A DNA stretch of 64,000 nucleotides from Octopus vulgaris (Eukaryota), in the NCBI GenBank assembly GCA_951406725.2, contig OX597827.1, forward strand, positions 36,642,001 to 36,706,000. Reading direction: 5' to 3'. The notes under the pieces are model-generated. The model was not told the origin of the DNA and searched no databases. It saw only the letters and a program-made list of their open reading frames with translations. Made by a program: the position numbers and the translations under genes. Below, piece by piece: positions 12,196 to 24,369 of the stretch. Each line of letters starts with the position of its first letter. Position 1 is the first letter of the stretch.

Positions 12196-13024
12196 CACCA
12201 CCTCACACAGATTGCCTCAATAATCTCGCCACATACACACCACTATTCAGACACCCATTCACTGTTCAACTCATTACTCACTTCACACACCATTACACTC
12301 ACACTCACAAAAACCTTCCCACTCCACACACACTACCACCAAACACTTCTCAGTACCTACATCACACACTATTATCCACATACTGACACACACTCTTCAA
12401 TAGCATCCTCACACATACCACTATATGAACATCGCTATGCACTGTTCAACTCAGTACACACACCACACACCATCATCCACACTCCCACACCCACACAACC
12501 ATGTAATGCCTGAACACTGACAATATATACACACACACATGCAACATGCATAAATACAGATAACTTTCACCTAGAAATATACACTATACACATGCACACT
12601 ATATGGTCACAGTCACACACACACATACACATGCCACCTGAACAAGCACATATCAACTGTTAAACGCAAGTGTTTGCACATGCGCACACACACACATGCA
12701 CATGTTAGCCTCACACATATACACATGACCATATGCATACTCACACATATACACACACAGATATACAAATACACAAAATGCACATTACTCTACACAACAC
12801 ATACACTAGGTTACTTGTACACATAGGCCAATGTGTTTGCACACACACACACACACACATACATACTAGTATATGTAACACATACAACTCCACATAATGT
12901 ATGCACTGGGTCATTTCCAAACATACACAGGTCCATATATTTTTCAGCTTGCTCACACATACTCACACACTTACCCCTATTCATACATACACACTCATTC
13001 ACACCATTCTTACATATACGTGTG

Positions 13025-13305
13025 TGCAAGAATAAATTCGTTCAGCCGGGTCACTGTAATTATCTCCTTTTCATTCAGCCTTCTTCTGGCTATTTCGTCA
13101 TGTTGAACTGTTAATTGCTAAAAAAATGTTTTTTCTCTCTCAATTTTTTTTCATTCTCTCTCCTTTTTTTCTTATTCTTTTCTGTTGAAGATCATAGGCT
13201 CGAAATGTAAAAGACAGTTCCGTTCTTCCCGAGCATTAAACTAATACACGTGCTTGCTTTCCTACACCTATCTTTGTCTTTTGTTTTCTGTAAATTTGAA
13301 TAATA
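13025..13305 (+). mobile_element. Short pLTR-like element with hammerhead-like motif at ~13176-13214 (family also at 33955-34145 and 56470-56702)
   Basis: tctttt-CTGTTGA-agatc(atag)gctc-GAAA-tg-TA-aaaga; downstream sequence shared with the other two copies. Confidence 0.6.
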
Positions 13306-13372
13306 CACACACACACACACACATACACACACATGTATATATATAAATGTATATATATATATATATATATTG

Positions 13373-13600
13373 ATTAAAGTAAAAAAGTTAATGTCTGGTC
13401 TCATCAGACTCTAATCTTCGGATCAGAGTCTGATGAAATGCCTGTGAGGTTAAGGCCTTTGTGGATGTGAAACCATTGGTCACTCTGTGACCAGACATTA
13501 ATTTTATTTCTTTAATACTTTACTACTCTATGTTTTAGAGAGTGCTTCTTTTTCGGATACATGATACATTGACGAGGCTGAAACATATAAAATAATAAAA
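13373..13600 (+). mobile_element. Fold-back mini-element between (TA)n runs carrying a type I hammerhead
   Basis: ~28-bp inverted repeats 13373-13400 and 13489-13516; inner hairpin tcatcagactct...agagtctgatga. Confidence 0.7.
13424..13487 (+). ncRNA. Type I hammerhead ribozyme, canonical core
   Basis: cagagt(13424-29)-CTGATGA(13430-36)-stem II-GAAA(13469-72)-ccattgg-TC(13480-81)-actctg; perfect 6-bp stem I, GUC triplet; stem II weak. Confidence 0.8.
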
Positions 13601-13613
13601 GAATATATATATA

Positions 13614-14010
13614 GGCACATGCTGTATGGCTGTGTGGTAAGAAGCTTGATTTCCAACCACATGGCCCAGTGTTCAGTCCCACTATGTGGCATCTTGGGCA
13701 AATGTCTTCTACTATAGCCTCAGGCCAACCAAAGCCTTGTGAGTGGATTTGGTAGATGGAAACTGAAAGAAGCCTGTCATGTGTGTGTGTGCTTGTGTCT
13801 ATGTTTGTTCCCTCTCCATGACCACTTGACAACTGGCATTGGTATGTTTACGTCCCCGTAACCTAGTGGTTCGGCAAAAGAGATGAAAGAATAAGTACTA
13901 GGATTTAAAAAAATAAGTCCTGGGGTCAATGTTTTTGACTAAAACCCTTCAAGGTGGTGCTTCAGTGTGGCCACTGTCAAATGACTGAAACAGGTAAAAG
14001 AATAAAAGAA
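13614..14010 (+). mobile_element. tRNA-derived CORE-like SINE, near full length
   Basis: A-box-like tggctgtgtggtaag, B-box-like gttcagtccc, CORE-like cttgggcaaatgtctt, internal (GT)n; several copies in the window. Confidence 0.85.
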
Positions 14011-14134
14011 TACATTTAAAAGAAAAAAGATAGAAGATATATATATATGCATATGCGTGAATAGACATGAAATAAATTGGAATAAACATAATAATCAATT
14101 GTGCAATAATGCAATGAATATCAAAGGCACATAA

Positions 14135-14519
14135 TCTTTATATATAAAAGTGAAGTTGTGTGTCTGTCTCCTACGATTTAGATTCCTAACTACTCCCACA
14201 TTTTGTGGTGCAGTGTAACCAAAAGCGGGTATCTTATAGTCGTGATTCATACCGAGCCCTTCTGGATATTAGCGCGCGTCTACGATTTAAAAAAAAATTT
14301 ACCATCATTTTTTCCCATTTTTAATGCATTTTTTTGCTATTATATAAGGGAAGTAACTCTCTAAAAATGTATTATTAAATCTCAGAACGTAAAAAGCTAC
14401 AGTAACACCCCCCTTTGTGGTTAGCCATATTGAGATGGCTATTATACTTTACATCTCTAAAAATTCTTATATTAGTTATTTCCCTTACAAACCCGAGCAA
14501 TGCTGGGCGATACTGCTAG
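14135..14519 (+). mobile_element. Non-autonomous Helitron
   Basis: a|TCtttatatataaaa 5' end; subterminal hairpin cccgagcaatgctggg (14492-14507); CTAG|t 3' end; no TSD. Confidence 0.8.
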
Positions 14520-15277
14520 TAAATTATAAAGCTCTATAGTAATAAAAATAAGAACAACAACCATAGCAACAACAAATCAATCAACCAACAAGATTTAATG
14601 TATGTATTTTTGTTATGATTAAGACAATCAAATTATAATACATCATCATCATCACCACTTCTTACAGCCACCACCACTACCCTCTTGCTCATCACCAGCA
14701 CCACCATCATCATTTTTGCATTCCATGATATCAGTTCATCATGGAGTCTATCCTCAACTTTTTCTACAAACACATGATTTACTTTACTGTGACTCACAGA
14801 TCTCTCCCTTCTTCCCTCTTTCTCAATGAATCTCTGATGTCTAAGCTAAACTCAATAGTCAAAACTCCACTCTGAAATCCTCACTCTCTATCACTAGTAA
14901 TTCTGACTTGATGAATTGCACACTGTTTTATGGTCACCTATTGCCTCCACCACTCATTGAACTCCTCCACCTGCCAACAGTTACTTAAATATTTCTTGCC
15001 CTGCATTCTAAATATTTGTCTTTCCTCACCAATTTGGTTTTCACATTCCTAAGAGATTAATGTTGATCTTTTACTGAACTACCTGCATCTACCTTTATAA
15101 CTAACCAATTTACTAACTAGGGGCTATTCTGAACTGTTTGCATCAGTGCAAAATACTCACACATTCACAAGCACACACACACACACACAGATTACCAAAA
15201 AATTAAGAAGCAAAACATTTGGCATCACTCAAAAAAAGCCCCATTTAATTTAGAAGGAGAATATAAACATATAAAGT

Positions 15278-15364
15278 CTCTTACAGCTGTTTCTAGAGTA
15301 GTCGAGCATGTGTATCATGATACAGAGTAAGGATTCCATTAACTGAGTACCTTGCTATCAGAGA
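15278..15364 (-). ncRNA. Degenerate hammerhead-like motif with long loop II
   Basis: Minus strand: ctct-CTGATAG...GAAA-cagctg-TA-agag; palindromic stem III cagctg also seen at 61061-61192. Confidence 0.5.
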
Positions 15365-15904
15365 GGAAGAGGTCAGAAAAATGTACAGATGAAGAAATAT
15401 TCCCAATCAAGGATATTTGTACATTTTAGCTTGTCAAAAATGGAGGAAAAGATCAGAGTAAAATAAATATGCATTACACATTTTCATGATCAAATAGATA
15501 ATAAAGTTATAGGTAAGGCCCATTAACAATTTTAAATGAGAATGTTTGATGATAATCCATGGCAAGGAATAATGGAAGTTATCAGTTCCATTTTTGAAAG
15601 GAGAATGAATTTGGGTTGAGTAGAAATAACATACTACAGTGTGAAGGAAAGACAGAATGTATATTTTCTATATACACACACATATCCTTCCTGTATTTGT
15701 AGATTTTCAACTCTACCTTAGGTGTTGTACATTACATTCCTGAAATAGTGTCAAAATCAAAAGTTAACAAATAAAAGAAAGTATTTATCCATCATTGCAG
15801 TGTTGAGTACTCATCCTCATTGTTTACATCAAATGTGTGTGTGTGTATATATATATATAAATGAAAGAATGGAGTCGAACGACGATTTTAACAAAATTTC
15901 TTTA

Positions 15905-15987
15905 CTCTCGACACATGTTTCAAAGGCTGCATATTCCTAATTCCGAAGGAATAAAGGGTGTATTATGCCACCATCTCATCAGGAAAG
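15905..15987 (-). ncRNA. Hammerhead ribozyme motif (minus arm)
   Basis: Reverse complement reads ctttc-CTGATGA-g...t-GAAA-catgtg-TC-gagag; stem I ctttc/gagag. Confidence 0.7.
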
Positions 15988-16081
15988 ACAAGGAACTTAT
16001 GTCAGCACCATGAAGGTGGACATCATGTGGGCAGTCATCTAAAAGTTTTTGCTCTTCATGGTGCTGACATAAGTTCCTTGT

Positions 16082-16164
16082 CTTTCCTGATGAGATGGCG
16101 GCATAATGCACCCTTTATTCCTTCGGAATTAGGAATATGCAGCCTTCGAAACATGTGTCAAGAG
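16082..16164 (+). ncRNA. Hammerhead ribozyme motif (plus arm)
   Basis: ctttc-CTGATGA-g...ggcggcat...atgcagcc...c-GAAA-catgtg-TC-aagag. Confidence 0.7.
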
Positions 16165-16359
16165 TAAAGGAATTTTGTTAAAATCGTCATTCAACTCCAT
16201 TCTTTCATTTATTCATAGTTAAAAAAACACACAAATTTACACACGAGAACACGGGATCCCTGCCCTTGGCATATAGCTTCAACCGTGTTTTCTGACGTGA
16301 ATTTGCTACCCAGGTATCGGTTAACTGAATTATCCATACTAGGATAATTCATTCACCTT

Positions 16360-16395
<36 letters not shown>

Positions 16396-16581
16396 AAGGT
16401 TTGAAGATGATGTACAGGTATTTTATATTAGAAGAAATGAGGTACTCAGAAATTCGAATGGTTTTATATTTACAGATATTTATTTGTATATTACATGTTT
16501 TTATACATCATATAACTTATATCATATATTAGCGCTTTCGTCTATTCTGATGGATTTTTCTAATTGAACCAAGTTCCTGTG

Positions 16582-16957
16582 GAAAAATTTTGACCATTTT
16601 ATAGTGTTATTGAGTGTGTAGTAGTGGGGAGGGATATAAGATAGTACAAGAGGGTGATGAATAGGGAGAAAGTGAGAGAGAGAGCATGTGTGTGTGTGCA
16701 TGTGTTTTTGTATCTGAAAGTAGTGTTAGAGAAAAAGAAGGGAAGGAAGAAAAGGGAGAGAGGGAAGAAGAAAAAATTGTTTTGCTGGTTTCTTTTGCAG
16801 TTGGTTAAGATGTTTACTCCAAGGTGGGGTCTAAGATCTTGGGGAAAAAATTTGACCATTTTATAGTGTTATTGAGTGTGTAGTGGTGGGGAGGGATATA
16901 AGATAGTACAAGAGGGTGATGAATGGGGAGAAAGTGAGAGAGAGCATTGTGTGTGTG
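16582..16957. repeat. ~115-bp direct duplication (about 16582-16697 and 16843-16957)
   Basis: ttgaccattttatagtgttattgagtgtgtagt...gagaaagtgagagagag present twice, ~260 bp apart. Confidence 0.9.
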
Positions 16958-16984
16958 AGTTTGCGATCATGCTCATGAAGACCT

Positions 16985-17935
16985 CTATCCAGTGAAGGGG
17001 TGAAAATCTCCGCAAATGATAAGTTTACATGTCCGTTGAAGATGTTGAAAGCTGGATGAGATCTCCCTGCATCCTCTGTCGTTTGAGTGAAGGCAATGCC
17101 AGCTTTTGGAGATGTTCCTCTTGCGCAAGCTTAGACAAGCCCGTGCCCATTCGGGTGGCCAAGTGCTGAACCCGTTCCAGGTGCTGAATGTCTTTCTGGA
17201 GATATGGTTTGAGGTATGGATGCAATATTCGAGGATAGGTCGAACTAGAGTGATATATACAGGCCGAAAGACATCCATTGAAAGGTTGGCAAAGGATCGG
17301 TGGATGAGGAAAAGATTCCTTCTGGCTTTGTTCGCCGCCTCGATACCCTGCCGTGGTGGTTTGAAAGTAATATCGATCATTATGCCAAGATCCTTTTCTT
17401 CACTGATGTTGATGTTTGTGGCCAATTGTCAAGGGAGAGTTTAGAGGTGAACCTATTGGCAAGTGGCTGCATTTTGAGGTGTTCAAGGGCAGATCCCATT
17501 CTTCTGCCCAATTCCGAGCTTGGTTCAGCGACGATTGGAGTATGTCATATTGATTCCTAGGCGAGACAAGTTTGACGTCGTCTGCTTATAGAACTCATCC
17601 ATCAAGAAAATCTGGCAGGTCTTTGATATGGAGAAGGAAAAGTATTGGCCTCAGCACCGACCCCTGATGAACGCCGCTGCATGCAATCGTCTCCGTGGAG
17701 AGATCTCCATTTATGTGCACCCGAAAGGTTTGATAGCTCAGGAAGGAAGAAATCCACAAAGTCACCAACAGATGAATCTTGAATGCTTGAAGTTTGCACA
17801 AGAGAAGTCAGTGATTAACGGAGTCAAGCGCCTTTGCGAAGTCCAAAAATACCACGCCCACCGAGTCTTTTTCATCCATGGTCCTTGTAATCCATTCTTC
17901 AAGAAGGAGATTTGTTAGACAAGATCTTCGGGGAA
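16985..17935 (-). pseudogene. CR1/L2-group LINE RT C-terminal remnant
   Basis: SGVHQGSVLRPILFLLHIKDLPD, EKDLGIMID, RPILEYC, DIQHLERVQHLATR in minus ORFs; frameshifted. Confidence 0.85.
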
Positions 17936-19726
17936 GAAATTCATGCTGTGAGTCAGATATATCTTTGTACCATATACAGATAATTGTATAATGCTTTGGT
18001 TGGAAATAGCTGTGGGAATGACCTAAACATTGTGAATAAAGACAAAGTCAAGTATGTTATTTTCCCCTAATTGGACGGGTAATGATTTGTTGTATGGGAA
18101 AGTCTTTTGTTGTATCAAGGAAAGTGTTCATATCCCACCACTTCAGTTGCTTAGTTCCAGGCTGTATATATTCCTCGAACCAGCTAAGATTAGTAAAGTT
18201 AAAGACCCCTGTTAAAAGCATATTAGCTGGCCTCAGCTAGGGTTAGACTTATGAGCAAAACAAAGCACCTCTGAAGTGATCTTCGTGGTTAACCGCGTCA
18301 GGATGATGGTAGGTAATGCTTTTAATATCATCTCCTTTTTATATAGATTAGTCTGAAATTGTCAAATACATTTATTCGCAAATTAGGTAATTTCGGGGTT
18401 GGTCTGCAATCATTTATATAGTTAAATATAGTTAAATGTTTCCTTTCAAAATCTTTTGTTTTTAATTTTTTTTATTAAACTAGACTAGTTTTTCGAATGA
18501 GCAATAAATATCAAAGCATTTAACAATGAGCATCAAATATCAAAGATAAAAATAAATCATTTTGTTCCCTTGTCAAACTTTGGACCTAACAACCTAAAGG
18601 AGAAAATGACTGAAAGAATTTTAAAAGGGCTTTCAATTTTAGGCTGAGGTCAAACAGTCAAATCCATTCAACCATGTCGTCAGTCTTTAATGACATCAAC
18701 TACAAAGAACTTGAGAGAGGTGACAGATAGAGAGAGGACAAGAACCTTCACACATTTTCAGCATTGCAAGATTTTGGAGTTTTTTTGTCAGAATAGGGCT
18801 GTCTTCAAGAATCCAAGTAATGCTATGTATTGAAGAGTAGCCGTAGATGCTGGTCATGTTGTTGTTCTTGTTGTTTGCTGCTACTGTTGTTGTCACATAC
18901 TTTTTATTTTGACGCTACTTTGCTTCGGAAGTTGGTTAGTCATAAATTCCCTTGGGAATTTTAAGCCCAGCTTCATCACTTTTATTTATTTATTTTTGTT
19001 CTTTGTTTTTGCTTTTCACGAAATCTAGCTTCAAGCGTCTTATACAGATAATTTTTTAGACACTATTTTCTGAAACTGGTAAAATTATGTAGGGGGTGCA
19101 AATTTTTATCTTGCACCACATGAAAATTCCAAGGGGTGCAGGTGCACTGCTGCACCCCCTGTTCCCGGGCCCTTGCATGTGTCCCTGTGTCTCTCTACTC
19201 TGTCTAAAAAATGTTGTTTGTTGTAATTAGGTTGGAACGGGTCCTCAGTGTTAGGGTTGTTATTGTGGGAGTATTGTTGTGTAGGTGAATTGGATGGGAT
19301 TATGTGGAATGAGTTGTAGGGGTGTTTGGTCCTCTATGGGGCACTGTGAAGTTGTTATTTTTGTTTGGGTGAGAGAGTTGAAGTTCAGAAAGTTGAATTC
19401 CTATGTTGAAGAGTAGGTAGGAATTCCTGTCTGTTTCTAGTTGTTGGAGGGAAAGTATTGAAATAATAATTGTTATTATTATTCTTCCTATGTGTTTCTT
19501 ACTGGTGTTTCCTATTAATGGGGACGGGGGGAGGATCCTATTGTAAGGTTGTTGGTGGTTGATTTCCCCGTGGTGGGGTAGTTTTGTGTGTCTGTGTTGG
19601 AAGTTTGATCTGGGTGTACAATTATTGGTTTCTGTGGATGTATTTGTTTTGGATTTTTTTTTAAAGGGGTTGTCTGAGGTGTAGTCTTTTTTGAATTGAG
19701 ATTCATAGTTGGGGAAAGAGAGATAG

Positions 19727-19785
<59 letters not shown>

Positions 19786-19804
19786 TCAGGTGATGTACAG
19801 ATAT

Positions 19805-20010
19805 TGTATATTTAGAATAATAAGGTTGTCAGAATATTAGGTGATTATGTATATTTCTATTTACATTTTATTTACATTCTTAGCACTTTCTTCTGTTATC
19901 GCATTTATCAATCTGGTAACAGAAGAAAGCACTAAAAGTGTAAATAAAATGTAAATAAAAATATATATAATCATCTAACATTCCGACTACCTTATTATTC
20001 TAAATATATA
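19805..20010. repeat. Hairpin with ~95-bp imperfect arms between (GA)n and (TA)n
   Basis: tttagaataataagg...ctttcttctgtta / taacagaagaaag...ccttattattctaaa. Confidence 0.85.
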
Positions 20011-20159
20011 TATATATGTATATACATGCCTACATACATACACAATCCTCCCCACACACATACAGAGGCATACAAACATACATATAAATATAAGATATAA
20101 AATATAACCAAGGTAAAATAAATTAAGTCTTTAAAGAATAACAAAATGAAGCTAAATAA

Positions 20160-20745
20160 AACTAGAAAAGCACTCGGATAGCACAGACCTCCGCCAAGCA
20201 GCTCATTTCCACCCATATACACACATGCTGAAAATCGCCCAATTTCCCAAACCAACGCTGGCAAAAACATAACCTCCTTGGCGGGGGTAAAAAAAATAAC
20301 GCAGCCATATGAGTTTTAAAAAACCCTTTAAAACAGGAATCAACCCAATAGTCAAGGCTTGTCATGTCATCCTCCGCAGACCTCCGCCAAGCAGCTCATT
20401 TTAAGATAGATACACAAGTAAAATTACTAATAGAGAAACGAAAATAAACTTTAGAAACAGCAATGCCACCATAGGTTACGTGGAAACGATGAACGTGTTT
20501 TCAAAGGAGATAATCAAAGAATGTAACATTGTAATACTTCATGTAAAGTAAATATAACAAAGGAAAAATCCGTCAAGAATCCATAAAAATTCCTGGATCA
20601 CTACCATCATCTGTTCCTTATGTCATTACCTACTTTTCCTGCAAGTTTCATCGAATACCATTGGCAACTTTTTGAGTTATTTTGCACACAGACGGACAGA
20701 CCAATGCCGATGAAAACATAACCTCCTTCCTTGGCGGAGGTAATA
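20160..20745 (-). mobile_element. Helentron/DINE-1-like non-autonomous element with duplicated ends
   Basis: Minus strand starts ttattacctccgccaagg...ggaggttatgtttt and ends cttggcggaggtctgtgctatccgagtgcttttctagtt (subterminal IR + 3' stem-loop); both end motifs occur twice. Confidence 0.75.
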
Positions 20746-20864
20746 AATAGGAGATCTATAAATATATACATAAAAAATTAGGTAATTCACATTTATCACC
20801 TTGTCTTTATATCCATCTCCACTTATATCTTTCACTATATTATTAAAGTTGACTAGGGAACCTA

Positions 20865-21523
20865 CTAAATGATTTATTTTTAAAATGTTTACAACTTACC
20901 CCTAATTCCTGCCTATGCTTAATAAGGTTACCTGCTGCTTTGAGGATTTAGAATGATTCTTCTAGGCAAAGTTCACTTCTCTTTCTACCTATTTCATAAG
21001 GTTTAGTTCTACTGAGGGTTGGCCATTTCAGTTTGTATTCTATTTTTTCCTCCCTAATTTGCCATATTAACTTGCTAAGTGATGTCACATTTTCTGATGC
21101 CTAAATGATGAGATGTGGTTATAATATCGTAACTTAAATGTTGTGTCACAGCATCCTGTATATCTATAAGTTGTGTTCTGGGTAACTACTGAACATTCAT
21201 ATGCTATGTTCTTTTCTGAGCAAGATTTATTCAACACACATTCCCTACCACTTCCACAGTTACAACTAGTGCTTTCCTTCCTATTGCTGCTACTATTAGA
21301 GTTATTCCCACAATTACTGTCATTATTCATATTATTTCTGCTCTTTTCATTACCGTTACCACTACTGCCCCTATTCTTGTTGTTTCCAGTATCTTTTTTA
21401 TTGATCTTGTCCTCCTCTTAGCCTTACTGTTTTTATTATCTATTCTATTCCTGCCTAGTTCTGTCAATTTTAAGTTTTGTAATTCCCTTCTATGGGTGTT
21501 GTGGGATGCTATGATTTGTACTA

Positions 21524-21525
<2 letters not shown>
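20865..21525 (-). pseudogene. Naiad-like PLE GIY-YIG endonuclease remnant
   Basis: SCNCGSGRECVLNKSC...IAYECSV...YTGCCDTTFKLRYYNHISSF (ORF 21085-21330), then LSKLIWQI and LCLEE motifs past a stop. Confidence 0.75.
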
Positions 21526-21569
<44 letters not shown>

Positions 21570-21640
21570 GATGAAATAAGTGATATAGGTATCCATTTTA
21601 TACACCTCAACCAATTAGCGCTCTGATAGAGCTTCAGGAA

Positions 21641-22222
21641 TATAAAATTAAGAAGAGGAGAAAACAAATTCAAAGGCCGATGTATATATTCATTCAATCC
21701 TTATTAACAAAATTCTCCATGGTATACAAAGTACATACATAGATGCATTCATCTATATGATATATAAAAGATTTCTAAGAATTTATAAATACATATATAT
21801 ACACAAAAATTTATAAATATATAAAAATTCATACACATCTAATATTTATACACATAAAAATTCATAAATACATGAAAAGTGTAAGTCCGAATGAAGAGGA
21901 TGATAAAGTGGATGTAAAATGATTCATAAGGAGTTTGGAGCATGTATGACTTCGCAAGTACTTTTATGGACTTGCACTTTTTATATATACATGAATTTTT
22001 TATGTATTTGTAAATTTTTATATGTGTATGAATTTTTATATATTTATAAATTTTCGTGTATATATATGTATTTATAAATTCTTAGAAATTTTTTTATATA
22101 TCATATAAATGAAAGCATCGAGGTATGTACTTTGTATACCATGTAGAATTTTGTTAATATGGATTTTAGTGAATATATACACCAGCCTTTAAATTTGTTT
22201 TCTCCTCTCCTTAATTTTATAT
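21641..22222. mobile_element. Large AT-rich fold-back element (arms ~240 bp) between (TA)n runs
   Basis: aaaattaagaagaggagaaaacaaatt... mirrored by ...aaatttgttttctcctctccttaatttt; inner aaagtgtaagtcc/ggacttgcacttt; partial arm copy at ~26770-26850. Confidence 0.85.
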
Positions 22223-22260
22223 ATATATATATATGTGTGTGTGTATATATATACATAGAT

Positions 22261-22342
<82 letters not shown>

Positions 22343-22360
22343 GTATGTATATATATATAT

Positions 22361-23005
22361 GCATATATGGGTACAGGATATCTCCAAGTGTGTAAACAAC
22401 ATGAAATATGAAAACTGATGAGTTAAATATGCAAATAACAAGAGAAAAAATGGAAAACAGGACATGTAACACAAAGAACGACCCTGTCTATCTACTTTCA
22501 TTTTGAGCATTCAATGACAATATGAGTCTTTGAAGACAGTTGCTCCCATAAATCCTAAAATAAAATTTGGGATTTATGGAGGGTAATGTTGGCAACAAAA
22601 ATAGGACAGTGGAGACATAGAAGGAAACCGAGTGAAAACAAACATGGAGGGTCATTAGACCAGAATGAGAGAAAAATAGTGAACACGGAGAAATATTTTC
22701 TTTGGAAAAAGAAAAGATAGAAGAGAGAGATAGAAGATGTCCGTCCTTAGAATGTTGTGCAGGAAAAGAAAGGTGGTCATGTGAGAAAAAGAAAAATGGA
22801 CGATGATCACATGTGAGCAATGAGATAGAGAAAAAGAGTAAGAGGGGAGAGAGAGAGAGATAGAAAATGGTGAAGAGGAGAAAAGGGAATTAGAGAAGGA
22901 TGAGGGAGAAAGCAGTATAGAGTCGCATCAAAAAGGTTAAGATAAACTTACTTAGAAATGGATGCGTGGCATTCAGTTAAATAATAATATAAATAATATG
23001 TATAG

Positions 23006-23046
<41 letters not shown>

Positions 23047-23332
23047 GCATATATGGGTACAGTACATCACCAACTGTCCTATTTTTGTTCCCAACTTAGA
23101 CCCTCAATAAATCCTAAATTTTATTTTGGAATTTATAGGAGATCAACTGTCTTTGAAGGCTCATGTTCTTGAATGCTCGAAATGGGGAGTAGGTAGACAG
23201 CCAACAACTGATGAAGGGTCATTCTTTGTGTTACTTGTCCTGTTTTCCATTTTCTCTCTTTGTTTGTGTATTTAACTCATTTTCGTATTTCATGTTGTTT
23301 ACACAGTTGGTGATGTCCTGTACTCACACGCG
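22361..23332. repeat. Two inverted copies of a (TA)n-flanked pLTR-like repeat (22361-22620 minus; 23047-23332 plus, with its own ~30-bp terminal IR)
   Basis: aatggaaaacaggacatgtaacacaaagaa versus ttctttgtgttacttgtcctgttttccatt; gggtacagtacatcaccaactgt mirrors acagttggtgatgtcctgtactc. Confidence 0.75.
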
Positions 23333-23356
23333 TATATATATATATATATATATACT

Positions 23357-24330
23357 CATGAATTGCATTTCTGCTTCTTGCAGGGCATTTGGACTCAGCA
23401 TTAGCCTGGACAAGACTGTTGTAATGTTCCAGCCTGCACCAGGAAATCCATATATAGAACCAGCTATCTTGGTTGAAGGAACAATTCTGAAGGTAGTAGA
23501 CAAGTTTGTCTACCTGGGCAGCACACTCAGCCGTTCTTGCTCCCTGGATGAAGAAATATCGTTCAGGTTGCAGAGAGCAACTAATTCCTTCCGGTCTCTT
23601 CAGTCTCGTGTCTGGTCCCAACATGGCATCGCAAGGAGAACAAAAGTTGCTGTGTACCGTGCTTGTGTACTGACATCGCTTCTCTACTCATGTGAGACAT
23701 GGATTCTGTACAAACGTTAGGTAAGGGTCCTTGAACGTTTTCATCAGAGATGTCTCAGACACATTCTCAATGTTGGCTGGACCTCAAAAATTCCAGACAC
23801 ACAGATCCTGAGGACAGCTGATATCTTGAGTATTGAGGCGATGGTATACAAGCACCGGTTGCGTTGGACTGGACACCTTATTAGAATGGAGGATAGAAGG
23901 ATTCCTAAGCAGATGCTCTATGGAGAACTTGTGAATGGAAGGAGACTCCGGCAGAAACCAAGGCTGCGATTTAAGGACTGTGTCAAGTCCTCGTTAAAGG
24001 CCTTTGATATGCAGGACACTGACTGGGAGAACAATGCCTGTTATCGCCACAGATGGAGGAAGCAGGTTAAGGAGGGGAGCGACACTTTTGAGAGAGCACG
24101 TATCCAGCATGAAGAACTTAAGTGAGCTGCGCGAAAGCGCATGGCTCATATAGTGAATGGGGAAAGCTTGGTCTGCAATGTTTGCAGTCGTGTATGCTTA
24201 TCAAGAGCAGGGCTCATTAGCCACCAACGGAGCCGCAAATGCAAAATATAAGTTAGTCCTAGAGCACACAATGTTCTTGAAGTTCGGCAATGGTCTTCCT
24301 CGGTCACGAGAGGACGGCCATCATCATCAT

Positions 24331-24335
<5 letters not shown>
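23357..24335 (+). mobile_element. 5'-truncated RTE (BovB-like) LINE 3' end with (CAT)n tail, inserted in (TA)n
   Basis: FGLSISLDKTVVMFQP, DKFVYLGSTLS, LLYSCETW, LRWTGHLIRMEDRRIPKQMLYGEL; C-terminal CNVC...ISHQRS zinc-finger-like motif; in-frame stops. Confidence 0.9.

Positions 24336-24364
<29 letters not shown>

Positions 24365-24369
<5 letters not shown>

Larger units (their letters stand above)
15857..16362. mobile_element. (TA)n-flanked fold-back element: 159-bp inverted arms (15857-16015 and 16054-16212) plus unique tail; one hammerhead on each strand
   Basis: Arms are reverse complements with few mismatches; CTGATGA...GAAAcatgtgTC at 16087-16159 (+) and mirror at ~15910-15982 (-). Confidence 0.85.
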
